Assembly: GCF_016432865.1 (NCBI RefSeq)
Contig: NC_067401.1
Coordinates: 188,108,001-188,172,000, forward strand
Length of the DNA stretch: 64,000 nt
From: Antechinus flavipes
Lineage: Eukaryota
Direction of reading: 5' to 3'
Under the pieces are notes generated by a model. That model ran no database searches, was not told where the DNA came from, and worked only from the letters and a program-made list of their open reading frames with translations. Position numbers and translations under genes: made by a program. This document shows positions 1 through 11,016 of the stretch, in pieces. Position 1 is the stretch's first letter; each line of letters begins with the position of its first letter.

Positions 1-99
1 CATCCATTCATGTTCCAGTCTCTTGAATACAGCAATAGTCTTCCATGTGATGTCATTTTAAATGATCTAAATGATCATTTCAATATCATTTTAAATGCT

Positions 100-1560
100 C
101 ATTTTAAATACTGTGTATAATGATCTCCTGGTTCTGCTTATTTCACTTAGCATCAGTTCATGTAAGTCTCTCCAGACTTTTCTGAAATCATCTTGCTGAT
201 CATTTCTCATAGAACATTAATATTCCATGACATTTATATGCCATAACTTATTCATCTATTACCCAGCTGATGAGCATCCACTCAGTTTCCTATTCCTTAC
301 CACTACAAAAAGGGCTGCTACAAACATTTTTTGCACATATAGCTTCTTTTCCCTTTTTTATGATCTTTTTGGGATATAGACCCAGTAGAGACACTACTGG
401 ATCAATGGGTATGCACAGTTTGACAGCCCTTTGGGCATAATTCCAAATCACAGAGTTCTACTTTAACAAGAATTAAAAGCCAAATAATAGGCTAGGAAAT
501 TGAGCAGACAACAGAAAAAGTTCTGACCACTGAAAGTTACTATGGTGACAAAGAAAATCAAAACATACACTGAGAAAATGATAACAAAGTCAAAGCTCCT
601 ACATTCAAAGCCTCCAAGAAAAATAAAAATTGGGCTCAAGCCATGGAAGAGGAAGAGATTGTCTTAATTTGCATTTTTCTGATCAATAGTGATTTAGAGC
701 ATTTTAAAAAATATAACCAGACATGATATAAATTTCTTTATCTGAAAATTTGTTGACTTTTTCTCCCTGATTTTCTTGCATCAATCTCATTTTTCTTCCC
801 AATTTTTCTTTACTTCTCTTACTTAAATTTTTAGAATTCTTTTTGAGCTCTCATGACCTGAGATCAATTCATGTTTTTCTTTGAGGTTTTGGATGTAGGA
901 GCTTTGACTTTGTTATCTTCTTCTGAGTGTGTGTTTTGATCTTCCTTGTCATCATAGTAACTTTCTATGGTCAGAATTTTTTATGTTGCTTGCTCATTTC
1001 CCTAGCCTATTATTTGCCTTTTAACTCTTTGTTGAAGAGTGCACTATTCTAAGCATCAGGGGTTTTGTGCAGCTGTTTTCAGCGATATATTTAGGGATCT
1101 TTAAGTTTTCAGTTCTTCCAAGGAGGAACTAATGATATACTACTCTCTTGGACTATGCTCTGGTCTGTAAATGACCACAAGCACTCTTCTGCTCTGAAAC
1201 TAAGATGAGGGCCCTTGTTCCATTGTATTGCAAATTCTGGTGTGCTAGTGCCTTTCATCCTGGGACTGTCATCCAGGACTATGATCTGGATTCAACTATG
1301 AGCAAAGCAATAGTCTTGCAAAGAGTGCTAGCAGAGACCCCTATAATCTCCTTTTGATCAGTTTGGCCCCCTTATTCTCATTTTGGGTAACATATCTTTC
1401 CTGCCTACTTTCTAATTTGTCTTGGACTGGAAAATGGTCTGTGTCTTTTTGTGGATTCTGCTGCCCTAGAATTTATTTAGAATCATTACTTAAAGGTATT
1501 TAGAAAAATTTGGGGGAGAACTTAGACAAATCCTTGCCATTACTCCATCTTGCCTCCACG
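100..1560. mobile_element. Mosaic of old L1 fragments (ORF2/3' pieces on -, ORF1-start piece on + at ~460-650, ORF1-start/5'UTR on - at ~780-1560)
   Basis: Marsupial L1-like motifs (TTTCACTTAGCATCAGTTCATGTAAGTCTCTCCAG; GTCTTAATTTGCATTTTTCTGATCAATAGTGATTTAGAGCATTTT), shared with the younger L1 at 28.6-29.8 kb. Boundaries approximate. Confidence 0.75.
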
Positions 1561-2364
1561 GTCCCAGACTTTTTCAATGTATTGATCAGTTATGTTATTT
1601 CCCCCCATTTTTTTTGGAAAAAAAATTTCCCACTTTTTTGATTGTCTTTAACCACATACTAAGGGATAGCTCTCTGGGAGAAAAAAATGAAGGAATACTG
1701 AAGGAAACTATAATAATATAAGAAAAAATATATCAATAAACGTTGATTAAAAATATCAGAGGTCTGTGGTTATAGGCTAAACGTTGTTCCAATACTGAGC
1801 CAATCCACAGCCTTATCAAAATGGAAGGTTTTTTTTTTTTTTTTAAACTCCTAAGAAAGCATGAATAGCAAAATACAGGTAGTGCTTGGAGTCTTGGGCA
1901 AAAATTCTCAAGAGGAGGCCAATGGCTTGGAGAAAGTTTTGACATGAGGCATGTGACTAATATTATCTCTGGGAGGGATTTGTAGGAATTGTGAATGAAT
2001 TGTACATGCTTGACACATTAAGAATAATGAGCTAAAGTTTTCATCATCAATATGTGCACTACTAACCTTCTGCAGATCATTCCTCTGAAATTTTCTATTA
2101 TATGCTAGATGTAAGCAGGATTGCATCATAATATAAACAACAAAATTTATGTAAGAAGTAAAAGACATTATTAAAGAAAAGGAACTGAGAAGTTATAGGT
2201 CTTGTGAACAAGATGGCATTTTTTTTGACCCCCATGATTTTTTAAACCTCTCCAAAACAGAAATTATGGACTAAAGATAAAGCATATCTGTTTTTATGAT
2301 CTAAGACCCATGCTTTCCTATGAAGTAAATAACCCTTTCTCCTTTCATTTTTTTTTTTTTTTGT

Positions 2365-2575
2365 GCATTGTTTCCCTCATTAGACTTTAAGCTTCTTGAA
2401 TGTAAGGCAGTTTTATTTTTCATTTGTATCTCCAGTGCTTAGCACAGTGTCTGACATACAAAAAGCACTTAATAAATGTTTATTGACTATTTATTGATTA
2501 ATTTACTTGCCCAGTATTATACAGCTAGTAAGAGCCTGAGCTTAAAACTCAGGTCTTTCTGACTCCAGGTCCAGT
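2365..2575. mobile_element. L2 3' end plus MIR-core SINE fragment
   Basis: TTAGACTTTAAGCTTCTTGAA...CCAGTGCTTAGCACAGTGTCTGACATACAAAAAGCACTTAATAAATGTT is a typical L2 tail. It is followed by the MIR-like core ACAGCTAGTAAG...CTCAGGTCTTTCTGACTCCAGG. Confidence 0.6.
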
Positions 2576-3099
2576 CATTGGAATTTCTAGGGGCCTAGGG
2601 GAAACTAGAATATGAACAGCCTTTGTGTTTCATTTGATATCCATGAGAAACTGATAACTTGAAAAAACTAGAAGAAAGTTTCTATAATGTACATACTTTC
2701 TCAGAAGAGTTTTCAGAAATTTGAGGTAGCTTAGAATGAAAAAGCACATAGTGGGTGTGACATCTTAGTATTCACAGCAGTGAAAGCATTTATCTAACTA
2801 CTGCATCTAAGCATGAATTAACTCTGTAGACTAGAGACTTTAAGGTCTTTCCCTGTCTCAGTACTTGTCCTTTGCATCAAAATTAACTCAATAGAAAGCC
2901 ATAGTGTTGTGGAAAGTATATATAATTTAAAACTATAATGGATTTTAAACTAGCCTAATCTTCTCTTTTGACAAACATGAGAACTGAGGCCCAGTTAAGG
3001 AAATTGACTTTTTTTGTGCTAAAGTAATAATACTTATATTATTTACTTCATACAATTTCTAGGCAGATCAAATGAGTTTATTGAGAATAAAGAGTGTTA

Positions 3100-4545
3100 T
3101 TTAGTGCCATACCAAACTCCCAAGAAATTAGATTTTACAGATCTAGAAAAAATAGTAACAAAGTTCATCTGGAAGAACAAAAGGTCAAGAATTTCAAGGG
3201 AATTAATGAAAAAAAAAGCTAATTATAGTGGCTTAGCTGTGCCAAACCTAAAATTATATTATAAAGTAGCAGTCATCAAAACCATTTGGTATTGGCTAAG
3301 AAATAGAGTAGTCAATCAGTGGAATAGGTTAGGATCACAGAACAAAAGAGTCAATAACTATAACAATCTAGTGTTTGATAAACTCAAAGACACCAGATTT
3401 TGGGATAAGGACTCACTATTTGACAAAAACTACTGGCAAATTGGAAACTAGTATGGAAGAAATTAGGGCTTGACCCACACCTAATACCACATACTAAGAT
3501 AAGATCTAAATGAGTTCATGATTTAGACATAAAGAGTGATATTATAAACAAATTAGAAAAACATATGATAGTTTACCTTTCAGACCTGTGGAGAAGGAAG
3601 GAGTTTATGTCCAAACTGGAACTCCTCATTGAACTCCAGATAGATAATTTTGATTATATTAAGTTAACAAGTTTTTGTATAAACAAACCCAGTGCAGACA
3701 AGATCAGAAAGAAAACCATAAAAATCATTTTTACATTAAAGGGTTCTGATAAAGGCCTCATTTCTAAAATGGAGAATTGACTCAAATTTATAAGAATTCA
3801 AGCCATTCTCCAATTGATAAATGGTCAAAGGATATGAACAAACAGTTTTCAGATGAAGAAATTAAAACTATTTCTAATCATATGTGCTCTAAATAGATGT
3901 TCTAATCATAGATGCTCTAAATCACTATTGATCAGAAAAATGCAAATTAAGACAACTCTGAGGTACCACTATACACCTGTCAGATTGACTAGAATGACAG
4001 GGAAAGATAATGTGGAATGTTGGAGGGGATGTGGGAAAACAGGGACACTGATACATTGTTGGTGGAATTGTGAACACATCCAAGCCATTCTGGAGAGCAA
4101 TTTGGAACTATGCTCAAAAAGTTATCAAACTGTGCACATCCTTTGATCCAGCAGTGTTACTACTGGGCTTATACCCCAAAGAGATACTAAAGATAGGAAA
4201 GGGACCTGTATAGGCCAAAATGTTTGTGTCAGCCCTGTTTGTAGTGGCTAGAAGCTGGAAAATGAAAGGATGCCCATCAATTGGAGAATGGTTGAGTAAA
4301 TTGTGGTATATGAATGTTATGGAATATTATTGTCCTGTAAGGAATGACCAGCAGGATGAATACAGAGAGGACTGGCGAGACTTACATGAACGGATGCTAA
4401 GTGAAACGAGCAGAACCAGGGGATCATTATATACCTCATCAGCAATATTGTTTGAGGATGTATTCTGATGGAAGTGGATCTCTTCGATAAAGAGAAGTTG
4501 AATTGATCAAAGATGGACAGAAGCAGCTACACCCAAAGACAGAAC
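3100..4545 (+). mobile_element. L1 ORF2 C-terminal fragment (frameshifted)
   Basis: ORFs 3104-3451, 3853-4146 and 4220-4468 carry L1 ORF2 motifs (FIWKNKRSRI, LKLYYKVAVIKTIWYW, MQIKTTLRYHYTPVRL, CWRGCGKTGTLIHCWW, CPSIGEWLSKLWY). Confidence 0.93.
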
Positions 4546-4942
4546 AACCTTTTAAAAATCTAATTTGTGTTATATTTTGTATTTCTTCTACTGTGTCTGT
4601 TGCAGTTTCAGCTTACAATATTGTATTAGTTTTGTTCCTAAGGTTTTCCCACTGAATACATTCAGTTTTGCCAGCAAGCTAGACATAGGCATTACTTTTA
4701 ATCAAATTAATATTTACCTTTATTTTATCTCTAGTTGATGGAATCCTTGTGAGAGCTGTTTTTTGACAATTAGATTGTTGTCAGGTGCTATTACACATTA
4801 AAGCAAAGCTTCTTAATAGGAGGTCAAACAATTGCCACTACCTCCCATCAGACCTCAATGGAGAGAGGTTAAAAACAGTCCTTAAACCACTGGTCCTGCC
4901 TCCAGCACAGGTTCCAGAAAATCAACCTTTGTTGAAACTTAA

Positions 4943-5333
4943 TCTGCATGAACTGATGCTAAGTGAAATAAATAGAACCAGGAGGTCATTGTACAAGGCA
5001 ACAGCAATATTATACAACGATTAATTTTGAGGGACATGACTCTTTCCAACAATGAGATGATTGAGGCCAGTTTCAATGATCTTGTGATGAAGAGAGCCAT
5101 CTACAGTCAGAGAGAGGACTATGAGTATGGATCACAACATAACATTCTCACTCTCTTTGTTGTTGTTCACTTGCTTTTTGTTTTTTACTCATTTTCTTTC
5201 CTTTTTGATCTGATTTTTCTTATGCAGCAAGATAATTGTATAAACATGTTTACATATATTAGATTTAACATATACTTTAATATGTATAACATAAAAAAGT
5301 TATAAAGGAATGAAAAATTTGAAGAAAAAAAAA
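4943..5333 (+). mobile_element. 5'-truncated L1 3' end with A-tail and 9-bp TSD
   Basis: L1 3' sequence (CATGAACTGATGCTAAGTGAAAT...) ending in an A-rich tail. GAAACTTAA is repeated at 4934-4942 and 5334-5342. Confidence 0.85.
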
Positions 5334-6189
5334 GAAACTTAACCTGGCAATTGTTTCTGCAAGTGCTACAGCCCCTATCTTCTCAGCATCCATAGCTATT
5401 TCACACCTATGAAAAAAACTTTCTTTAATAAAAGTCCTTGGCACTAACAATTCATCACCAGATGTGGTTGTGGCTTTATTGGTGGAAACTCTAAACTAAA
5501 AACACCTTGCTATCAGTATCAATCTGTTCCCTAATGACCTAAGGACCATGGAATCTTTCCATCCATCATACTACTGAAACTTCATCTTTGTGTTATCTTC
5601 CCTAGTATAATGTGAATTCCTTGAAAACAAAAAAAAAAAAAGTGTTTTCTCCTTTTTTCTCCTATTTGTATTCTAGGACTTAGTGTAGTGCTTTGCACAT
5701 AATAAACACCAAATAAATATTTTTTTTCATTCATATATCCATTCATTCTTGCTTTTAAAAATCCAATTGCAACTTAATACTGAACAATTTTTGATAGTTT
5801 CTTTTATTTGGTTCTCTGAAATTATACCAAACATATTCTTATCTCTGTATTTGATATAGGAATAATGCAAAGGAAGGCAAAGAAAGGAAACTCAGTAAAA
5901 ACCCAAGCGATTTCAAAACAGGATACCCAATTTATTATTATTATTATTAATCTGAACTATGTTTCCTTTTAATGATCTTTTTGTCGTATTGCTTTTGCAT
6001 ATATCTATTATGTCTTTGAATTTCTCACATTAGTTATTTTTGTATTGGAAAGTAATATTTCATTGTGTTCATATCATAGTTTATTAAGGAAGGAGGGAAA
6101 TAAGCATTGTTTAAGCACCATTATGTGCCAAGTACTGTGAATTTTTACAAGTATTTTCGAATTCGATTTTCACAACAGCCTTGTAGCTT

Positions 6190-6490
6190 TTCTCTGATCT
6201 GCCAATTTTGTAACCCTGTCAAAAAGAATGGCAATGAAAAAAAAATCTTGATGACTTGTCCTTGGAGAAGTCTTTCTTATTGAGATTGTTCTTTCCTTTT
6301 CAGGATGTTCACTAAATATCCCTTTAAGACAGCTTACAATTTTTCTAGGAATCAATGTGAAGGTCACTGGCTTATAGTTTATGTATTCTACTTTCTTTCT
6401 ATTTCTGAAGCTGTATTTTTTAAACTCTGTTTCAGGCTTGTATGAAAATTTTAAAAAACTAATTACCTTCAACAACTTCAAGTCAAATCT
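6190..6490 (-). mobile_element. CR1/L3 reverse-transcriptase fragment
   Basis: ORF 6170-6481 (NYKPVTFTLIPRKIV...LFDRVTKLADQ) resembles the CR1 RT motifs NYRPVSLTSIPGKIL...FFDRVTSLVD. Confidence 0.7.
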
Positions 6491-6934
6491 GTAGGATATA
6501 TGTACAAGAATGGTGGGTCAGTCAGATAGTCAATCAATAAACACTTTAGGGATTACTATGTACCATACATAATGCTAAATTCTGAATATACAGACAAAGG
6601 TAAACAGTCTTTGTCCTCAAGGAGTCAAGGGTCTCTTTGGAGAGAAAATCAAGTCTTACTTTTTTTGCATTTATATATATCAAATACATAATGTGTAATA
6701 TGTATATGTATGTATATGGAAATATGGGTATGAATACATATGCATATATCTATCTGTACATATGATTATATATACACACTTTATGTTTATTAACATGTAT
6801 ATACGCTTACAATAGCATAATATAGTTATGCACACATATGTATTCATATCTATACACACATATTACACATGTACGTACATACATACATACATATGTCCCT
6901 CCCTCTCCTATTCTTCCTCTCTTCTCTCTCTCTC

Positions 6935-7055
6935 TGGGAAAGGCAATTGAGGTTAAGTGACTTGGCCAGAGTCACATGGCCAGAGTTACATAGCTAGTAA
7001 GTGTTCAGTATCTGAGGCTGGAGTTTAATTCAGGTCCTCCTGACTTCAAGACTGA
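6935..7055. mobile_element. MIR-core (WSINE/MAR-type) SINE fragment
   Basis: GAGGTTAAGTGACTTGGCCAGAGTCACA...GCTAGTAAGTG...TCTGAGGCTGGA...CAGGTCCTCCTGACTTCAAG. Confidence 0.7.
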
Positions 7056-7464
7056 CAAATAAACTCATATATTTAATTGCTCCTAATCAGCTTATTCTCA
7101 AGATAGCTCTAAAAGAGGTTCTGCTTCTCTGGTTCCTAATCTAGATAACCTAAGATAATTTTCCTAGTAATATCATTTAAATTTGACTCCAATTTTGAAA
7201 CTTGAGAGAATTTTAGTTCATATACCATTTGTTGTTTCTACTCTTATGAAAATTCTATACCTGATATGACTCTTTTAAAAATTTATAAGAGTTACCTTTT
7301 AAAATTATCAGATAGATATTACAATAATGAGAAAATATTTTCATCTTCTTAATCATTATCATATAATTTATATGTAAATTTGTATGTAAAATCCTAATTT
7401 GATTTTGAGAACTTGTTACCAAAACATGCTTCAATTCTGTAGTTTTCTTCTTTTCTAAAATATT

Positions 7465-9665
7465 TGTTCTCTGGGAGCAGATTTCTTGGAGGGCTTCTGG
7501 AGGCAGCCTTAGTCTCAGTTCAAAGTAATAATCACCTCAAATGCAGCCAGCTGTTAAAAGTTCAGTCCTTTATTATCTCTTCTAAAACTGCCCAGTTAGG
7601 TTTCTTAGAGGCCTATCTCTCTCCTTGATTCCAAGAGCTCCTGTTGCTAGTCCTTTGCCTCTTCCAGCTTCAGCCTCTCTTCTTCTGAATCCCCCACTTC
7701 TGCCCGACTGCAGTCTTTGGCTTCTCAATCTCCTCCAACTGACTCCTCGCTGAGGCTTCAAGAGCTTCTTATATATGATCTCTTAAAGGTGTGAATTCAA
7801 AGGTTGGCTCCTCCTCCAAGAGAGTGGGATTATGGGTTCCTGACTTGTGAATCTCCTGACTGAATCCTGACTTGTGAATCTCGAATGCTAATATGTGAAC
7901 TACTGTGTGAACTCTTAAAGGTGTGAACTTAAGTACATAAGCATTGTTTCTATCAATTCCAGTGAGTTAGCACTTTGTTTCAAGTTCTGGCCCATAATAT
8001 TTTCCGCTTTTTTTTTTTTTTTTTTGATTTAGAACATAAGGTGGTCATGACCTTCCTGACTTCTCAAGGAGGTGAGAACCCCAAAAAAGAAGGTGATCAT
8101 GCCTTTCCTGACTGCTCAAAAAAGGAGTGAAAACACCATAAAAAGGAGGTGATCATACCCTCCCTGACTTCTCAGGAAGGGAGATGAAAACACCGAAGGA
8201 AATGGGAAATCAAATCATATTAGCAGGTTTCTAAAGGGGCTCATTTAAAACAGGTATACATAAATCCATCAATATGGAAGGTATTACACATAATTACATA
8301 AATTACATAAGCACATAGCAATGTAACACAGGCTAGTAGTGATAGAACAAATAACATGAATCATCATAAGAATTTATACATGTCCATAAGTCCTAGAAAT
8401 AGTCCAAAAGGAATCTATTGTCCATTAGTTCATGTGTCAGGAATCCAATAATTCCTGCAAGCTTTGAAGTCCTGCAATAGTTTCATCTTGTGTTAGGGAA
8501 TCCAATAATTCCTGATGGTTTTCAAGTCTTGCAACAGTCTTTATCAACAATTTTTCATCTTAAGGAACCCAATGATTCCTGCTGGTTTTTGTTCTTAAAG
8601 GAGAAGACCTGTTTCCAGATTTTTCTCTTTTTCTGTCTCTGATGAACAAGGTGAATACGGCTCGTTGGTACCCATCTGATTCCTTCTCCATCTGTAGAAA
8701 TACAAACAAATCCTCTTCCCCAAGCAGTTAACCTATCTGGTCCCTTCCATTCACCACTTTCTGGGTTTCTCCACATCACCTGGCGATTATCTAAAGATAA
8801 TAGAACTGCTTGCACTGGACACTACCCTTCTGGTTATAAAACCTGTCTGCTGGAGCCAGTGCATCTTTATCAAAAATTAAAAAATTAATGGTATCGAGAA
8901 CTAAATTTAAAAGTTTTCTAGGGTTACCTGTGACTCTCTCTTTCTTTTGTTTTTGGAGGAGCGTCTTAATGTCTCTGTTTCTTCTCTCTATGATTGCCTG
9001 ACCTTGAGGATTAAAGGGTATGCCAGTGGTGTGTAAAATCTTATACTGTGCATAAAAGTGTGCAAAATGTTTAGAAATATGTGCAGGTCTATTATCTGTT
9101 TTTATTTCTTGTGGCACACCCATAATTGCAAATGCTTGGATGAGGAATTCAGTGACCACTCAGGCTGTCTTTTTTGCTGCTGGTATTGCAAAAGTGAATC
9201 CTGAAAAGGTATCTACCACAACATGGATAAAAGACAGACAGCCAAAAGATTTATAATGGGTCACATCCATTTGTCAGATTTCATTGGGTCTCAAACCATG
9301 AGGGTTCTTCCCTGCGGGGAGCGTAGGAATGTGGAAAGGAAGGCAAACTGTACAGCTTTTTACTATGCTCCTAGCTTCCTCTTTTGTTATCCTAAATTGT
9401 AAATGTAAAGCTTGAGCACCCTGATAGTATTTAGAATGAGATTCCTGGGCTTCCTGAAATAAAGGAGTACGGGCTAACATAGTTAAAAGCTATCTGCCTT
9501 TGAATTTCCATCAAAAATAGAACCTGGAAGTCCATTATGTGAGTGGACATGCAAGATATAAATCTTACCTGGATGCTTTCTCACTTGCTCTTGATATTCC
9601 TTAAAGAGCTAATTTATATTAGAAGCTGCAAATTTTATTTGGGCTGTGGCAATTTCCAGAATAGA
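7465..9665 (-). mobile_element. Class II (betaretrovirus-like) ERV, 5'-truncated, env-less: pol end + 3' region + PPT + 3' LTR (7465-7999)
   Basis: Integrase and RNase H remnants, a ~600-bp post-IN region, a purine tract (AAAAGCGGAAAA on -) next to the LTR, and an LTR with TATA and AATAAA on the - strand. Confidence 0.88.
8555..9665 (-). pseudogene. ERV pol remnant: RNase H C-terminus and integrase (zinc finger, core, C-terminal domain), with stops and frameshifts
   Basis: KIYILHVHSHNGLPG...GNSKAD; zinc-finger region HSKYYQ...ARSIVKSCTVC; WQMDVTH; IKTDN; HTTGIPFNPQGQAIIER; VMWRNPESGEWKGPD...WGRGFVCI. These are betaretroviral-type signatures. Confidence 0.92.
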
Positions 9666-10469
9666 TAAAATTTGGAAGCCAATCATATATATATATATAT
9701 ATATATAGCTTTTAGAGAAAATAGTTTAATCCTGTTGCTTTTTCAATGTTTACTATTCTGTTTATTTAGAAAACTTTTTACATTACATCTTTGTCTTATC
9801 ATTTTATCTAATCATTTCCCCTTAGGAGAATATCATAAATACAGGTTGAAATCTTAACCTTGCATCTGTGCATCCTCTCGTAGTAACTTAGAGATGTTCC
9901 AGTATAAATTTATTTTTTAATAAATTAGTATTCTGCATGCAAAACTTCTTGATTATAGAAATTTGCTATAAAAGGAAGTACATGGTTATAACAATGTCTT
10001 ATATCATAACAGAGGGAAAAATTCCCTTAGCTTTATTTGATTCCAGGCATTTAGGCATAACTAGCAGGCAATAGTGTACTCACAGAGTTTTCAAGGGTTA
10101 GGATTTACCAGGTGGAGATTTTCCTTTTTGTAAAGAAAATAGCACAATGAGGAGATAGAATCATAAGTATACTACCTAGGCCACAACCAAAATCATCTCT
10201 AAAAATTTTCCTGGGCCTAGACTGTTAGCAATGCTATTTTCTATTATTGGCTTCATGACAATTCAGATAAATATTCCTGTAATCAAAGCTTAAAACAAAA
10301 GTAAATTATAGTCCCAAGAATTTTACCTTGAATATAAAAATTTTATTAATCACAACTCAGGGCTGAAGTATTTTTCCTGATGTTTCCCTAACAGTTAACA
10401 TTTCCTTTATTCTTTTCTTATAAATAAAAACTACCCATATTCTGGGGCTTCAGACAAACGTCAACTACT

Positions 10470-10925
10470 TGTTATAGGTTAGATCTCTGAACTTGAAACA
10501 AGGTGTTCAGTTGGTGGAATTGATAAAGATAATGGTAGTTCAGAACACGTATTTAGTACTTAAAATAATTCCACAAGATTGGTACCTATGATAAGAGAGC
10601 ATATAAGCTCAGACAAATTCAGCTAGAACCAGAACTGAAAGACTGGTGGTCCTTCTGCCTCCCCCACAGAAACCAAGACATATTAAGGAGGACCTCAAGA
10701 ACCTGGCAGAGGAAGAAAACACAAAAGTACTGGCAGCAGAAACTCAAGCTCTCGGAACCAAGGAGAGAGATAGGCCTCTAAAAAAGCTAAGGAAAGGAGA
10801 CAAGACTTTGAAAGAGATAATAAAGGATTTGGACTTTAACATCTGGCTACTTGTGTGGTGATTATTGAACTGAAAGGAAAGTTGCTCCCAGAGACCCCAA
10901 GAAACCGGAACAAGAGAACATTACA
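10470..10925 (+). mobile_element. Solo LTR related to the class II LTR family
   Basis: Starts TGTTATAGG and ends ACATTACA. It contains GAACTTGAAACAAGGTG as in the 7465-7999 LTR, TATA-like CATATAAG, and AATAAA. No matching TSD. Confidence 0.7.
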
Positions 10926-11016
10926 AGTGTACTCACGAGTTTTCAAGGGTTAGGATTTACCAGGTGGAGATTTTCCTTTTTGGAAAGGAAATAGTACAAT
11001 GAGGAGATAGAATCAT

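Noticed and set aside
4735-5500. Mostly open + frame across the L1 insertion at 4943-5333, preceded by an acceptor-like TCTCTAG
   Set aside because: It contains in-frame stops and has no recognisable homology, so it cannot be supported as an exon.
6680-6935. TA/CA-rich low-complexity tract and other microsatellites (9684-9707, 16280-16370, 60580-60620)
   Set aside because: Ordinary simple repeats.
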